Shown: positions 1 to 9,667 of the stretch, in pieces | Position numbering within the stretch: the first letter of the stretch is position 1 | Layout of the letters: each line of letters begins with the position of its first letter | Assembly (NCBI GenBank): GCA_964653415.1 | Contig: CAZZFJ010000001.1 | Location: 15,380-79,379, forward strand | DNA from: an uncultured Erysipelothrix sp. | GTDB lineage: Bacteria; Bacillota_I; Bacilli_A; Erysipelotrichales; Erysipelotrichaceae | DNA: 64,000 nucleotides | Direction: 5' to 3' | Program-made: the position numbers and the translations under genes | The notes under the pieces: model-generated | What the model was told of the DNA's origin: nothing | The model's input: the letters and a program-made list of their open reading frames with translations, nothing else | Databases searched by the model: none

Positions 1-45
1 ATCATCAGTATCTCGATAGAGTTTCTTATTTCCATGATAAGCCAT
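1..45 (-). CDS. PspC-domain protein, N-terminal fragment (runs off the left edge of the window)
   Basis: Not in the ORF track. The minus strand reads RBS GGGGGTGA, then ATG GCT TAT CAT GGA AAT AAG AAA CTC TAT CGA GAT ACT GAT GAT = MAYHGNKKLYRDTDD, matching the KKLYR(S/D)xxD start of PspC domains. Confidence 0.65.
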   Translation of the reverse strand, partial: MAYHGNKKLYRDTDD

Positions 46-59
46 TATTACTTCACCCC

Positions 60-539
60 CTACTCTACTCGTCTAATATATTCAATCACAACATCTTCTA
101 AAGGTTTGTCATTGTAATCTCTTTTTGAAGCGACTATGGTATCAACAGTTTCCACACCATCAATTACCTGTCCAAATGCAGCATATTGACCATCTAAATG
201 GGGTGCATCAGCAGTCATAATAAAAAACTGACTCCCTGCAGAATTGGGATCCATTGAACGAGCCATAGACAACACTCCACGAGTATGTTTTAGTGGATTA
301 TTGTGACCGTTGGATGAAAACTCCCCAAAAATGCTGTGTCCAGGTCCACCCATCCCAGTTCCTTGAGGGTCGCCCCCTTGAATCATAAATCCTGGAATTA
401 CACGGTGGAATATTAAACCATCATAGAAATTTTTATCCACGAGGTTTAAAAAGTTCTCGACTGTTTTAGGTGCAACTTCTGGATCAAGATTTGCAAGCAT
501 CGTTCCGTGATCTTTTATCTTAATTTCAATTTTCGTCAT
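60..539 (-). CDS. ppiB: Cyclophilin-type peptidyl-prolyl cis-trans isomerase
   Basis: Motifs FHRVIPGFMIQGGDP, GVLSMAR, SAGSQFFI and HLDGQYAAFGQV. Confidence 0.95.
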   Translation of the reverse strand: MTKIEIKIKDHGTMLANLDPEVAPKTVENFLNLVDKNFYDGLIFHRVIPGFMIQGGDPQGTGMGGPGHSIFGEFSSNGHNNPLKHTRGVLSMARSMDPNSAGSQFFIMTADAPHLDGQYAAFGQVIDGVETVDTIVASKRDYNDKPLEDVVIEYIRRVE

Positions 540-549
540 AAGTTCTCCT

Positions 550-1047
550 TTATCGAATCATAAATTCGCTCTCTAAATTCAATGTGTACTTAACTTGTTC
601 GAGTTCTTTACGTCCCAAATGAAGGGTTCTTGTTTCATGCGTTTGCTTAAAGCCATTTTTTTCGTAAAACTTAGCTGCTCGCACGTTTTCTTTAATATCC
701 CAAAGAAAAGCAAAGCGATAACCACGCTCAAGAAGTTCCATAGCCATTGCATGTAATAAAAGGCGCCCATAACCATGATCTACATATTCATGATTGAGGT
801 AAATACTTTGTATTTCCCCAGCATCCTCTTGCGCATCACGTATTGAGGCAATACCCACAACATCCTTATCAGATACCATCACAAAGAAATCTTTATGATT
901 TTGAATGCCTTCTAACCAATTTTTTTGAGTCACAGAATCAATAAACTCTTGCGTTAAGAAATCCTTATAAGTTTCTATAAAGCTATCAATATAAACGCGA
1001 GAAATTAATGATAAATTATCTGTGTTACGTACATTTCTAACTATCAT
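550..1047 (-). CDS. GNAT family N-acetyltransferase
   Basis: Acetyl-CoA motif IYLNHEYVDHGYGRLLL and NVRAAKFYEKNGF. Start moved to ATG 1047 (the track start at 1056 is a GTG too close to the RBS). Confidence 0.85.
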   Translation of the reverse strand: MIVRNVRNTDNLSLISRVYIDSFIETYKDFLTQEFIDSVTQKNWLEGIQNHKDFFVMVSDKDVVGIASIRDAQEDAGEIQSIYLNHEYVDHGYGRLLLHAMAMELLERGYRFAFLWDIKENVRAAKFYEKNGFKQTHETRTLHLGRKELEQVKYTLNLESEFMIR

Positions 1048-1111
1048 TAAGGTCACATCCTCTTTCTCATCATACCATTAAAGCTATATAAAAAAAAGAA
1101 AAAGATAAGTC

Positions 1112-2434
1112 CTAAGACTCATCTTCACTCTCTTGAGTTACTTTTAAGATTCGTACACGTGAAACAACTTTCTCTTCAATCTCTACAATAGAGAATAAAT
1201 ACCCATTATAAATAAAATCTGAGACATCGGAGTTTGCATCCTCAAGTGTAGGCATTCTACCCAATTCACCAATCACAAAACCACTCACTGTATCATAGTC
1301 TTCAACAGGTAAATCCGCTTGGATAACTTCCTCAAGATCTTCAAGATCAGCATATCCTTCTACAAGATACTCCCCTGAATGAACTTTATTAATCAGCACT
1401 TCTTCAACATCATACTCATCCATAATATTACCCATTACTTCTTCAATAAGATCTTCCAAAGTAATGATTCCAGCAGTACCACCATATTCATCCACAACAA
1501 CTGCAATATGAGTTTTGTGAAGTTTTAATTCAGCAAACAATTCATCAGATCTTTTGGATTCTGGCACAAAATAAGGTTTACGCATACGCTTAGTAAATTC
1601 AAATTGTGTTGGATCGCCACCCTCATAAATATATGAAAGTAAATCACGCAAGTGGAAAATCCCAACAATATTATCAATGCTATCCACATAAACTGGATAA
1701 CGCGTATAAGGCTCATTATGTACTAACTGCATTAAGTCATCAAAGCTGGTATTGATGTCTATCGCAATAACTTCAGTACGGTGAGTCATGATGTCTTCCA
1801 CTTCAAGATTATCAAACTCAAAAATATTTTCAATCATCTCTTTTTCAATAACATCAATTTCACCTTGTTCAACTAATAAGCGAATTTCTTCTTCAGTAAT
1901 CTCCTCCACAGCGTGTGGATCAATTCCAATAACAGATAAAATCAAGTTAGTTGAAAAGGACAAGAGTTTAACAATGGGCTTAAACACAACAGAAATAATA
2001 GAGATTGGGGTCGCTACTAAAAGGGCAAACTTTTCCGCATTGGCCATGGCAATTCTTTTAGGCACTAACTCACCAAAGACTAAAATTAAATACATGGTGA
2101 CAAGCGTAATCATCACCACAGCTAAAGGTTTTACAGCAACCAAACTCAAACTTCCACCTGAAATGTTAACCAAAAAATTGGCCAAACCCGTTGCGAAAGC
2201 ATCAGAAGCTAAGGCACCTGATAGAATACTGGATAAACTTACACCCACTTGAATTGCTGATAAAAAGTTAGAGGGCGATTCGATAATCGGAACTAAGCGC
2301 TTCGCATTCTTATTACCTTCTTCCGCCAATACATTTATTTTACCGTGATTAACAGATATAAACGCAAGTTCAGAACCCGCGAAAAAAGCATTCATCAGTA
2401 TCAACAACATCATGATTCCTATTTGAACACCCAT
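1112..2434 (-). CDS. HlyC/CorC (CNNM/DUF21 + CBS pair + CorC_HlyC) transporter, probable Mg2+/divalent cation efflux protein
   Basis: NAFFAGSELA, AIQVGVSL, VFGELVPKRIA, IMTHRTEV, YTRYPVY, VDEYGGTAGIITLEDLIEEVMG and a C-terminal YDTVSGFV domain. Confidence 0.92.
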   Translation of the reverse strand: MGVQIGIMMLLILMNAFFAGSELAFISVNHGKINVLAEEGNKNAKRLVPIIESPSNFLSAIQVGVSLSSILSGALASDAFATGLANFLVNISGGSLSLVAVKPLAVVMITLVTMYLILVFGELVPKRIAMANAEKFALLVATPISIISVVFKPIVKLLSFSTNLILSVIGIDPHAVEEITEEEIRLLVEQGEIDVIEKEMIENIFEFDNLEVEDIMTHRTEVIAIDINTSFDDLMQLVHNEPYTRYPVYVDSIDNIVGIFHLRDLLSYIYEGGDPTQFEFTKRMRKPYFVPESKRSDELFAELKLHKTHIAVVVDEYGGTAGIITLEDLIEEVMGNIMDEYDVEEVLINKVHSGEYLVEGYADLEDLEEVIQADLPVEDYDTVSGFVIGELGRMPTLEDANSDVSDFIYNGYLFSIVEIEEKVVSRVRILKVTQESEDES

Positions 2435-2487
2435 ATATATTCCTCACTTTCGTAAGCTAACTTCCTACAATCCTCTGTATCTTCCAT
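2419..2487 (-). CDS. Putative 22-aa leader peptide MEDTEDCRKLAYESEEYIWVFK overlapping the start of the CorC/CNNM gene
   Basis: GGAGG RBS 7 nt before ATG 2487, just downstream of a TTGACA-17-TAAAAT promoter. The stop lies inside the first codons of the downstream gene, in a different frame. Confidence 0.45.
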   Translation of the reverse strand: MEDTEDCRKLAYESEEYIWVFK

Positions 2488-2509
2488 TCATGGACCTCCA
2501 TTTTATAAT

Positions 2510-2538
2510 ATTTTAGAAGTTTAAGTTTCTCTTGTCAA
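2510..2538 (-). promoter_or_regulatory. Sigma-A promoter for the CorC/CNNM gene and its leader ORF
   Basis: TTGACA (2538-2533), 17-nt spacer, TAAAAT (2515-2510). Confidence 0.7.
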
Positions 2539-2552
2539 TAGTATATGACCGA

Positions 2553-3287
2553 TTAATCCAACAACTGAATATAATTGAGAACCTTTAATATTTCATTTTT
2601 AACTCTAGATTCCTGATTAGCTTGTGTCTCACTTGAAAACAATTTATCTTGAAAAATAAACTTATTAGAATAAATAGCAATATGCAACTCTTGTTCATTC
2701 AGATAGAAAGAGACATTTTCATGATGCTTCTCATACAACTCCAAAATCTTTTGTGGAGACAAAACCTTAAAAGCTGCTTGAGCATCATTTGTATAGATCT
2801 TGTATTCCTTATTGAAACCAATACTTTCTAACTCAATCTTCTCTAAATCCGTTTTAGCAAAAAAACCTGGTTTATGCGGGGTAGAAAAATGAAACTCTTT
2901 ATCAATAATATAAAGTTTAGAACTCAGCTTTATTTTAGGCTTAATAATGATCCATTGACCTATAAAATACGTATCCGTATGAGTCTGATCATTAACAGTA
3001 TAGCTGTCTTTTACCTCAACATTAGAAAATTCAAAATCTAAATCGTGATAACGTGCCCGTAAGTAATCTGAACTTGCATAACTATTCCCAGAGTTTACAA
3101 GCTTTGTATCATAAATTCGTCTTTTATCAATTCCCTGTGTTGTTGTATAATGGACATTATCAAAAGTAGACTCCAATACATCTTTAACAATTGTTTCTTT
3201 AAATTTCTTATTTTTAAAATAAGAAAAAATACTTCCTATAAGAATAGAAACAAATACAACTCCAAAAATCCCAAATAGAAATCCCAT
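2553..3287 (-). CDS. DUF3137-like membrane-anchored protein (LemA-associated)
   Basis: N-terminal TM helix followed by a soluble domain with F.G.W and IELESIGFNKEYKIYTND..AFKVLSP patterns typical of DUF3137. Lies directly downstream of lemA. Start moved to ATG 3287. Confidence 0.65.
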   Translation of the reverse strand: MGFLFGIFGVVFVSILIGSIFSYFKNKKFKETIVKDVLESTFDNVHYTTTQGIDKRRIYDTKLVNSGNSYASSDYLRARYHDLDFEFSNVEVKDSYTVNDQTHTDTYFIGQWIIIKPKIKLSSKLYIIDKEFHFSTPHKPGFFAKTDLEKIELESIGFNKEYKIYTNDAQAAFKVLSPQKILELYEKHHENVSFYLNEQELHIAIYSNKFIFQDKLFSSETQANQESRVKNEILKVLNYIQLLD

Positions 3288-3291
3288 AATA

Positions 3292-3828
3292 TCACCAACC
3301 CAAATCTGGATTTTGAAGCTCTGCAGCTTCAAATTTAAGCATTGATAAGGATTTAACATTCAAACTCTCTGCAGCAATATTGCCAGGAAAAGTCTCAATT
3401 CTTTGATTGAAAATTGCGATATTCGAATTATATATTCTTCTTGCGGCAGATAAGTTATCTTCCGTTTCAACAACAGCATCTTGAAGATTTAAGAATAAGC
3501 GGTCTGCCTTTAGCTCAGGATAATTCTCACTTAAAAAATTAACACGCTGATAGCCCGACTCAATCTGGCTATAAGCAACTTCTTTTTCATCTAAACTCAT
3601 ACCCTGACGGACTTGTATAATTGAGAGCAAAGTCTCTTTTTCATATTTAGCATAAGCTTTAGCGACATCCATCAGTTTCATAAGCACTTGATAACGCTTT
3701 GCTAGCGCAATATCAATATTTGAAAAACTTTCCTGAATTTTAATTTGATAGCGTTTAATATCATTATAAACACTAACATACCACATCATCGGAACAGCAA
3801 TAATCATCAGTACAATTAAGATTCCCAT
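3292..3828 (-). CDS. lemA: LemA family protein
   Basis: N-terminal TM, SNIDIALAKRY, ENYPELKAD and LSAARRIYNSNIAIFNQRIETFPGNI. Start at ATG 3828 after a GGGAGAG RBS. Confidence 0.92.
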   Translation of the reverse strand: MGILIVLMIIAVPMMWYVSVYNDIKRYQIKIQESFSNIDIALAKRYQVLMKLMDVAKAYAKYEKETLLSIIQVRQGMSLDEKEVAYSQIESGYQRVNFLSENYPELKADRLFLNLQDAVVETEDNLSAARRIYNSNIAIFNQRIETFPGNIAAESLNVKSLSMLKFEAAELQNPDLGW

Positions 3829-3922
3829 ATACTTTCTCTCCCTGCAAGATATTTGCACTCTTGGTTTATCCTTACAACCTTGTTAAGTTGTGGGTTCGCC
3901 TTACATAAAATAATAACATTTT

Positions 3923-6781
3923 CTATTCATCAAAACTCTTTAAAGCTTCACTCATATTTACTTTATTCGCCTTCTTAGCCATACGGTAGTTAATTAAAAT
4001 AGACATACCTAATGTTAAGACAAAAGCCACCAAATAAGCCGATAATTGCAGTTCATAATTAAACATAACCATATCGATTTCCGCTTGTGTTATTACAAAG
4101 TAATGGAGTATTTTCCCAAAAGCAAAACCAAAGATGCTCGACATCAAAGTTAAGATAATGTTCTCTCTTAATATGTACGATGAGAGCTCCCTTGTATTAA
4201 AACCTAGAACCTTTAAGGTGGCAAGTTCCTTCTTTCGCTCTGCCATGTTCATAGAAATTAAATTGGTTAAGACCAGAACCTCAAGAGCTAAAGCAGCCCC
4301 CACTACAACCCAAATAACAACATCAAAACTCTTCATCATATCGCCATAACTATCTTTTAACTCACCTAAGAATTGGACAGTTAAAACTTCATCACTTTGA
4401 AGTATTTTCTCTGCTAAAATATTATGATCTTCTACACTGGTTTTAAACAAAGTCATGTTGTAGTTTAAATTTGATTCCATGATATTTTCAAGTGTATCTT
4501 TACTTAAATAAATATAATGATTTGCATAGTTTTCCGTAATATGAGAAATATTAAACTCATATTTCTTATCAGAAATCATAATTTCAGTACTATCCCCTAC
4601 TTTAACTCCTAGAAGTTTAGCCAGTTTTTCAGTAATCACTATATCACTATGTTTCAAATCTAGGGCTTCATGTTTCTTACGGTCTTGCAGCTGAATGAAA
4701 TCTTGAAGTGAGTCTAAATCTTCTGCAGCATAGACGGATAAATCAAAATGCTCCGCTTTCGCACTTTCCACATAAACTTGAATACTGGAAGTGAAATCAT
4801 CCTTATAATAATCATCTTTTCCATAGAATACTAAACCATCATATTGAATAATTTCTTCAAACTGCTTATCGACAATGGAGTAAATAGAATGCTCGATTCC
4901 AAATCCTACAATAAGAAGTCCCGTAGTTCCCCCTATACCCAATAAAGTCATTAAGAAACGAGTTTTATTTCTAAATAAATTTCTAAAGCTCACTTTATAC
5001 AAGAATGAGAAACGTTGCCATAAAAATGGAATGCGTTCTAATAAAATTCTTTGGCCTGCTTGCGGGGCAACAGGTCTTAACAACTGAGCAGTTTTTTCTC
5101 TAGACACTTTCATACTCTTTACAAATGTAACCCCAACGGAGCTTAAAAAGCTGATTAAAACTGGAGTCCAAGCGTATGAAAACACAATTCCGCCTACCAT
5201 ATCAGGAGTTTGATACATGATTCGATAGGCATCATAGATTATTCTTGGAATAAAGTAGAAGCCAAAGTATAGACCTAAGGCCGTCCCAATTAACCAAGAT
5301 AAGAAGGTGAAATAAACATATTTTAATGAAGTTCTTAAGGAAGAGTAACCTAAAGCCTTGTAGACACCCATTTCCATTCGATTTTCATCAATCATACGCG
5401 TCAGGGTACTGAGCGTAATCAATATGGATACAAGAAAGAAAATAATTGGAAAGACTTTACCGATTTTCTCAATACGCATGGAATCATCATAAAACTCATT
5501 ATAACCAATGATAACATCCTCGCGACTTCGAACGTATAAAATTCCATGATCTTGTTTTTCAATTTGAGCATATGCTTTATCAATGTCACTTTGACCCTTA
5601 TCTAATTCAGACAAGGCCTTCTCTTTTTCAACAACAAAATTTTCTTTTTCTTTTTCAAGTTTCGCAACGCCTGCATTGTAATCTTTGACGCCTTGTTCTA
5701 CCTGATTATAACCCTTTAAAAACTCCTGGTTCATCGTATAAAGATCAGCGGTATTACTATCCAACTGTTGTTGGAGGTATGCTTTAACTTCCTCACTTGT
5801 TGCTTGAGCAATTTGATTTTCGATGCCCTTAATGACCATTTCAATGGCTTCTTTAGTTTTGAGGTAGCTTGCATGGGCAAACTCTAAGCGTTCATCTAAA
5901 GTTCCGGTGGTTATGGGAATAAAACTCAGTTGGCTAATTGCACTTTCTAACTGAGCTTTCGCTATTTCTAAATCTTTTTCAGCTTTATCAAATGCTCGCT
6001 CTGCAGCTTCAAACTGAAGATTTGCACTCTTTCTTGCTTCATCCAAATCTTTTTGGTGCGCTTGTAATTTTTCAATTTCAGGTTGAATTAAGCGATCAAA
6101 ACGAGCCTTTGAAATGGCTTCTGCTTCACTTTCTAAATAGGATATATCTAAGTCTTTATCTGAAATACGAACCCCTGAGTATATTGCGGGTTCATGCAAT
6201 TTAGGCAGGTCCTTGGCATACATAAAACCACTAACGGTTCCAACGCCCAACTTAGTATTCCCCCGTTCTAAGTTCATAAATAAACTCGACTCAACAAAAC
6301 CAACCACATTCACTTCCGAAGTGTCAAAGAAGTCATTTTTCATAAGTTTTATGGTATCGTTAATCTCAAAACCATAGGTTTCCTTCATCACAATATCCAA
6401 TACAACCTCTAAAGGCTTTGAAGGGAATTTTCCTTCGATTAAAGTTAAGTCATTTTTAGTCACATCAGATAGTTCAAAAACCTTAATGACACTATCAAAA
6501 TCAGTGCTATGTCCATACATATCACTTTCATAAACTGGACTTACTTCGCCTTGAACAAGGGATTGAATATCTTCAACCATTTCACTGTCAATTCCTAACG
6601 AATGTTGTGCAAGAAAGTCTAAAACGGAACGCTCATCCATATAAGCGTCCCCTGTTTGTCTCATATTGTAGCCTGTCACTTGGATTCCCACAAAGAAACC
6701 AACCCCCAAAGTTGTAATCAAAGTGAGGGCAATGAATTGATAGGCTCTTCTTTTTATCTCTCTAATTAAATCTTTTACCAT
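3923..6781 (-). CDS. FtsX-like ABC transporter permease with two TM blocks and a periplasmic coiled-coil
   Basis: FPIIFFLVSILITLSTLTRMIDENRMEMGVYKALGY and ERKKELATLKVLGF FtsX signatures; overlaps the stop of the upstream ATPase. Confidence 0.9.
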   Translation of the reverse strand: MVKDLIREIKRRAYQFIALTLITTLGVGFFVGIQVTGYNMRQTGDAYMDERSVLDFLAQHSLGIDSEMVEDIQSLVQGEVSPVYESDMYGHSTDFDSVIKVFELSDVTKNDLTLIEGKFPSKPLEVVLDIVMKETYGFEINDTIKLMKNDFFDTSEVNVVGFVESSLFMNLERGNTKLGVGTVSGFMYAKDLPKLHEPAIYSGVRISDKDLDISYLESEAEAISKARFDRLIQPEIEKLQAHQKDLDEARKSANLQFEAAERAFDKAEKDLEIAKAQLESAISQLSFIPITTGTLDERLEFAHASYLKTKEAIEMVIKGIENQIAQATSEEVKAYLQQQLDSNTADLYTMNQEFLKGYNQVEQGVKDYNAGVAKLEKEKENFVVEKEKALSELDKGQSDIDKAYAQIEKQDHGILYVRSREDVIIGYNEFYDDSMRIEKIGKVFPIIFFLVSILITLSTLTRMIDENRMEMGVYKALGYSSLRTSLKYVYFTFLSWLIGTALGLYFGFYFIPRIIYDAYRIMYQTPDMVGGIVFSYAWTPVLISFLSSVGVTFVKSMKVSREKTAQLLRPVAPQAGQRILLERIPFLWQRFSFLYKVSFRNLFRNKTRFLMTLLGIGGTTGLLIVGFGIEHSIYSIVDKQFEEIIQYDGLVFYGKDDYYKDDFTSSIQVYVESAKAEHFDLSVYAAEDLDSLQDFIQLQDRKKHEALDLKHSDIVITEKLAKLLGVKVGDSTEIMISDKKYEFNISHITENYANHYIYLSKDTLENIMESNLNYNMTLFKTSVEDHNILAEKILQSDEVLTVQFLGELKDSYGDMMKSFDVVIWVVVGAALALEVLVLTNLISMNMAERKKELATLKVLGFNTRELSSYILRENIILTLMSSIFGFAFGKILHYFVITQAEIDMVMFNYELQLSAYLVAFVLTLGMSILINYRMAKKANKVNMSEALKSFDE

Positions 6782-7476
6782 GCGATATCATCTACAGACA
6801 TACTATTGTGATTTCTTTCATCACGTTCTACTTTACCATCACGAATCTCAATAACTTGATCTGCCATCTTACTAATAACTGAGTTATGGGTAATGACAAG
6901 AACAGTCATATTATAGACGCGACTACAATCTTGTAAAACTTGCAAGATTTGCTTACCCGTTTCAGTATCTAAAGCACCGGTAGGTTCATCACAAAGGAGT
7001 ATCTTCGGATTTTTGGCAATTGCACGAGCAATTGCCACTCTTTGTTGTTCCCCACCAGAAAGCTGTGCTGGAAAATTACTGAGTCTATCTGATAAACCTA
7101 CTTGAGCAAGAATTGATTTTGCATCTTTAGCATCCTTTTTAATTTGGGTAGCCATTTCAACATTTTCTAGTGCTGTTAAATTTGAAATTAAGTTATAAGA
7201 TTGAAATACAAAGCCAACATCATCACGACGATACTGAGTGAGTCCTTTATCACTTAAAGAAGAAATATCTTTTTGATCAACAAGGATGGTACCTGATGTG
7301 GGTAAATCCATGCCACCAAGAATGTTCATCACGGTGGTTTTCCCAGCGCCTGATGGACCCACAATAACTGTGAAGCTTCCTTGTTCAACAATAAAACTTA
7401 CTCCATCAACAGCCTTAATTTCACGATCACCCATTTGGTATATTTTTCTTATATCTTTAACTTCAATGTATGGCAT
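6775..7476 (-). CDS. ABC transporter ATP-binding protein (LolD/MacB type)
   Basis: Walker A GPSGAGKT, signature [14 protein letters not shown], Walker [13 protein letters not shown] and H-loop ITH. Confidence 0.95.
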   Translation of the reverse strand: MPYIEVKDIRKIYQMGDREIKAVDGVSFIVEQGSFTVIVGPSGAGKTTVMNILGGMDLPTSGTILVDQKDISSLSDKGLTQYRRDDVGFVFQSYNLISNLTALENVEMATQIKKDAKDAKSILAQVGLSDRLSNFPAQLSGGEQQRVAIARAIAKNPKILLCDEPTGALDTETGKQILQVLQDCSRVYNMTVLVITHNSVISKMADQVIEIRDGKVERDERNHNSMSVDDIAW

Positions 7477-8782
7477 CTCTAATCCTTAATGCTTCTTTTA
7501 AGAGGGCGTCTTTATCATTGGCAATTTTTTCTTCAATGACTTTTGTAATGAGTTCATCTAGGATTCGTTTACGAATTCCAGGTTCAGCTTGCAGTTCGTC
7601 ACCAGAAATTGCTAGATCTTTAATACTTGTTGGAGGTCTTTCTTCATCAATACGATTTAAGAACATTTCATAAGTCGCACATTTCTCAAGCTGATACTCG
7701 GCGTTGTGATTCTTAGACATATTATCAGCCCGTTTAAACTCGACTAATTTACGCATAAAATCTAAACCATTGTAGTGAACAAGTTTCTTCATTTCAATAT
7801 AATCCAGTGGAATGGATAAATCATGTAATAGAACAATTTTTCGGATAGTATCTTTGTTGATTCCTTGTAAATTCCACTCGCTAAAATAACGATTCATAAT
7901 TTTTAAACTTTCAGTGGCATGATTGGGATAACTAAAAGTACCATCATTATTTGCTTTTTTAGTCGTTAATTTACCAATATCATGGAATAAGGCAGCAATC
8001 TTAAGTTCTGTTCCCTTAACATTATTAACCACACTTGTTGTATGTTCAAACAAATCTAAATGATGGAAAATACTGTTTTGGTCAAAACCAACGGCTTCCT
8101 TCAGTTCTGGAATGATATTATGAACCATCCAAGGATACTCATTTGCATATTTTGCGAAATGTTCAGCTTCAATAAAACCAATAAAATCATTTTCAAGTTG
8201 CGATAAACCCAACTCTGCAACACGATAATAGTGCTCTTTAACAACACGGAATGTATGAGTTTCAAAAGTAAAGTTAAGCTTTGCAGCAAAACGTACCAAT
8301 CGAAGAAATCTTAAATAATCCTCATTTAGCTTCAAATAAGGATTTCCGATTGTTTTCATTTCTCTTTTTCTAAGACCATCTAAGCCTTCAACTAAATCAC
8401 CAACACCGCGATCAGGATGAAAAACAAGGCCGTTGATGGTAAAATCACGACGCAAGATATCATCTTTTAAAGTCGCTTTGAAACTAATTGATGTGGGGTA
8501 ACGATGTTTTTGATATTTACCTTCTTTTCTGAAACGCGTAATATCTATCGTATATTCATCGTACTTAAAATTTAAGTTCCCATAGTTTTCATAGACCATT
8601 GGAGAATAATCTATAAAAATTTCTGAAAGCACCTCTGTTGGTGCATTCGTGTTGATGTCAATATCAAAAGTTTCAACCCCCAAAATGGCATCCCGAACGC
8701 ATCCCCCTACGAAATACGCCTCGTACCCACGAGCGTTAATTTTTGATAATATATCCGTTAACTTTTCTGGAAATTTAATCAT
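7463..8782 (-). CDS. cca: CCA tRNA nucleotidyltransferase with HD domain
   Basis: VGGCVRD..DIDI, DDILRRDFTING, EDYLRFLRLVRF and HD motif ALFHDIGK. Confidence 0.9.
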   Translation of the reverse strand: MIKFPEKLTDILSKINARGYEAYFVGGCVRDAILGVETFDIDINTNAPTEVLSEIFIDYSPMVYENYGNLNFKYDEYTIDITRFRKEGKYQKHRYPTSISFKATLKDDILRRDFTINGLVFHPDRGVGDLVEGLDGLRKREMKTIGNPYLKLNEDYLRFLRLVRFAAKLNFTFETHTFRVVKEHYYRVAELGLSQLENDFIGFIEAEHFAKYANEYPWMVHNIIPELKEAVGFDQNSIFHHLDLFEHTTSVVNNVKGTELKIAALFHDIGKLTTKKANNDGTFSYPNHATESLKIMNRYFSEWNLQGINKDTIRKIVLLHDLSIPLDYIEMKKLVHYNGLDFMRKLVEFKRADNMSKNHNAEYQLEKCATYEMFLNRIDEERPPTSIKDLAISGDELQAEPGIRKRILDELITKVIEEKIANDKDALLKEALRIRDAIH

Positions 8783-8921
8783 ATTATCACCTAATGATAT
8801 TATAGCATGTTTTTACATGAAACCACATTCAAAATTTGATATATAGCATGATAATTGACTAAAATATCATCATTTAAACTTCCTATAAATACTTCCAAGC
8901 AAGCTCTTTAGTAAATAATAT

Positions 8922-8949
8922 AAAAAAGACTCCTAATTTAAGGAGTCTT
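8922..8949 (-). terminator. Intrinsic terminator after ileS-trmH
   Basis: Hairpin AAGACTCCT-TAAATT-AGGAGTCTT followed by a T run on the minus strand. Confidence 0.8.
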
Positions 8950-9667
8950 ACCCTTGTTTTAATGCATAAGCGATGATACCACAAGCGACCGCAACATTCA
9001 AAGATTCAAAGTTAGATGTTTTAATATGAAGACTTGCATCCATATGATCCAAAGTCGTTTGCGAGACACCCTGACCTTCAGAGCCCATAACAACCGCTAG
9101 TTTTCCAACAGGTTTAAAGGCGTCCAAAGTTAAGGAATCATCACTGACATGGGTTGCAAGAATTTGTACATCGGCCTCATGCAGCATTCTATAGCTGTCA
9201 TTTAAGTCTTGTCGAATACACGGAATATGAAAGATAGCACCTTGGGATGATCGAATGGTCTTATCACTATACATATCAGCACAATCCAAGGATAGATACA
9301 CTGCATCAAATCCAAAGCTATAAGCACTTCGAATGCATGTTCCAACATTACCGGGATCTTGTACCCCATCCAAAACAAGGATTCTTGATCCGATTGTGAC
9401 ATCAGAATGGGGCTTTTTAATTAGGGCAAAACGGGATGATCCCGATTTTGTACTGGATAACTTTTGTGAAATTGGAGCAGTTATCATAATATCTGCATCT
9501 TCTAAACCTATTGTTTCCAAGATTAAACCAGCATCACTGGCTTCTTGAATTAAATGTTCCCCTTCAATCAAAAGAACATCACTCACATCGCGATACTTCT
9601 TGTCTTTTAGTTTAACCCAATCCTTGACCCGGTTGTTTTGTAGTGATGTTATTGTCATTTTAGCCAT
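8948..9667 (-). CDS. TrmH/SpoU family RNA 2'-O-methyltransferase
   Basis: LDGVQDPGNVGTCIRSA, VMGSEGQG and ESLNVAVACGI SPOUT motifs. Confidence 0.92.
   Translation of the reverse strand: MAKMTITSLQNNRVKDWVKLKDKKYRDVSDVLLIEGEHLIQEASDAGLILETIGLEDADIMITAPISQKLSSTKSGSSRFALIKKPHSDVTIGSRILVLDGVQDPGNVGTCIRSAYSFGFDAVYLSLDCADMYSDKTIRSSQGAIFHIPCIRQDLNDSYRMLHEADVQILATHVSDDSLTLDAFKPVGKLAVVMGSEGQGVSQTTLDHMDASLHIKTSNFESLNVAVACGIIAYALKQG

Noticed and set aside
1112-2434. Hemolysin or toxin function for the HlyC/CorC gene
   Set aside because: The DUF21-CBS-CorC architecture is a cation transporter family; the hemolysin label is a legacy annotation.
7463-8782. Nucleotidyltransferase + HD domain as a toxin or signalling enzyme
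   Set aside because: All class II CCA-adding motifs are present in order, and an HD domain is normal in many bacterial CCA enzymes.
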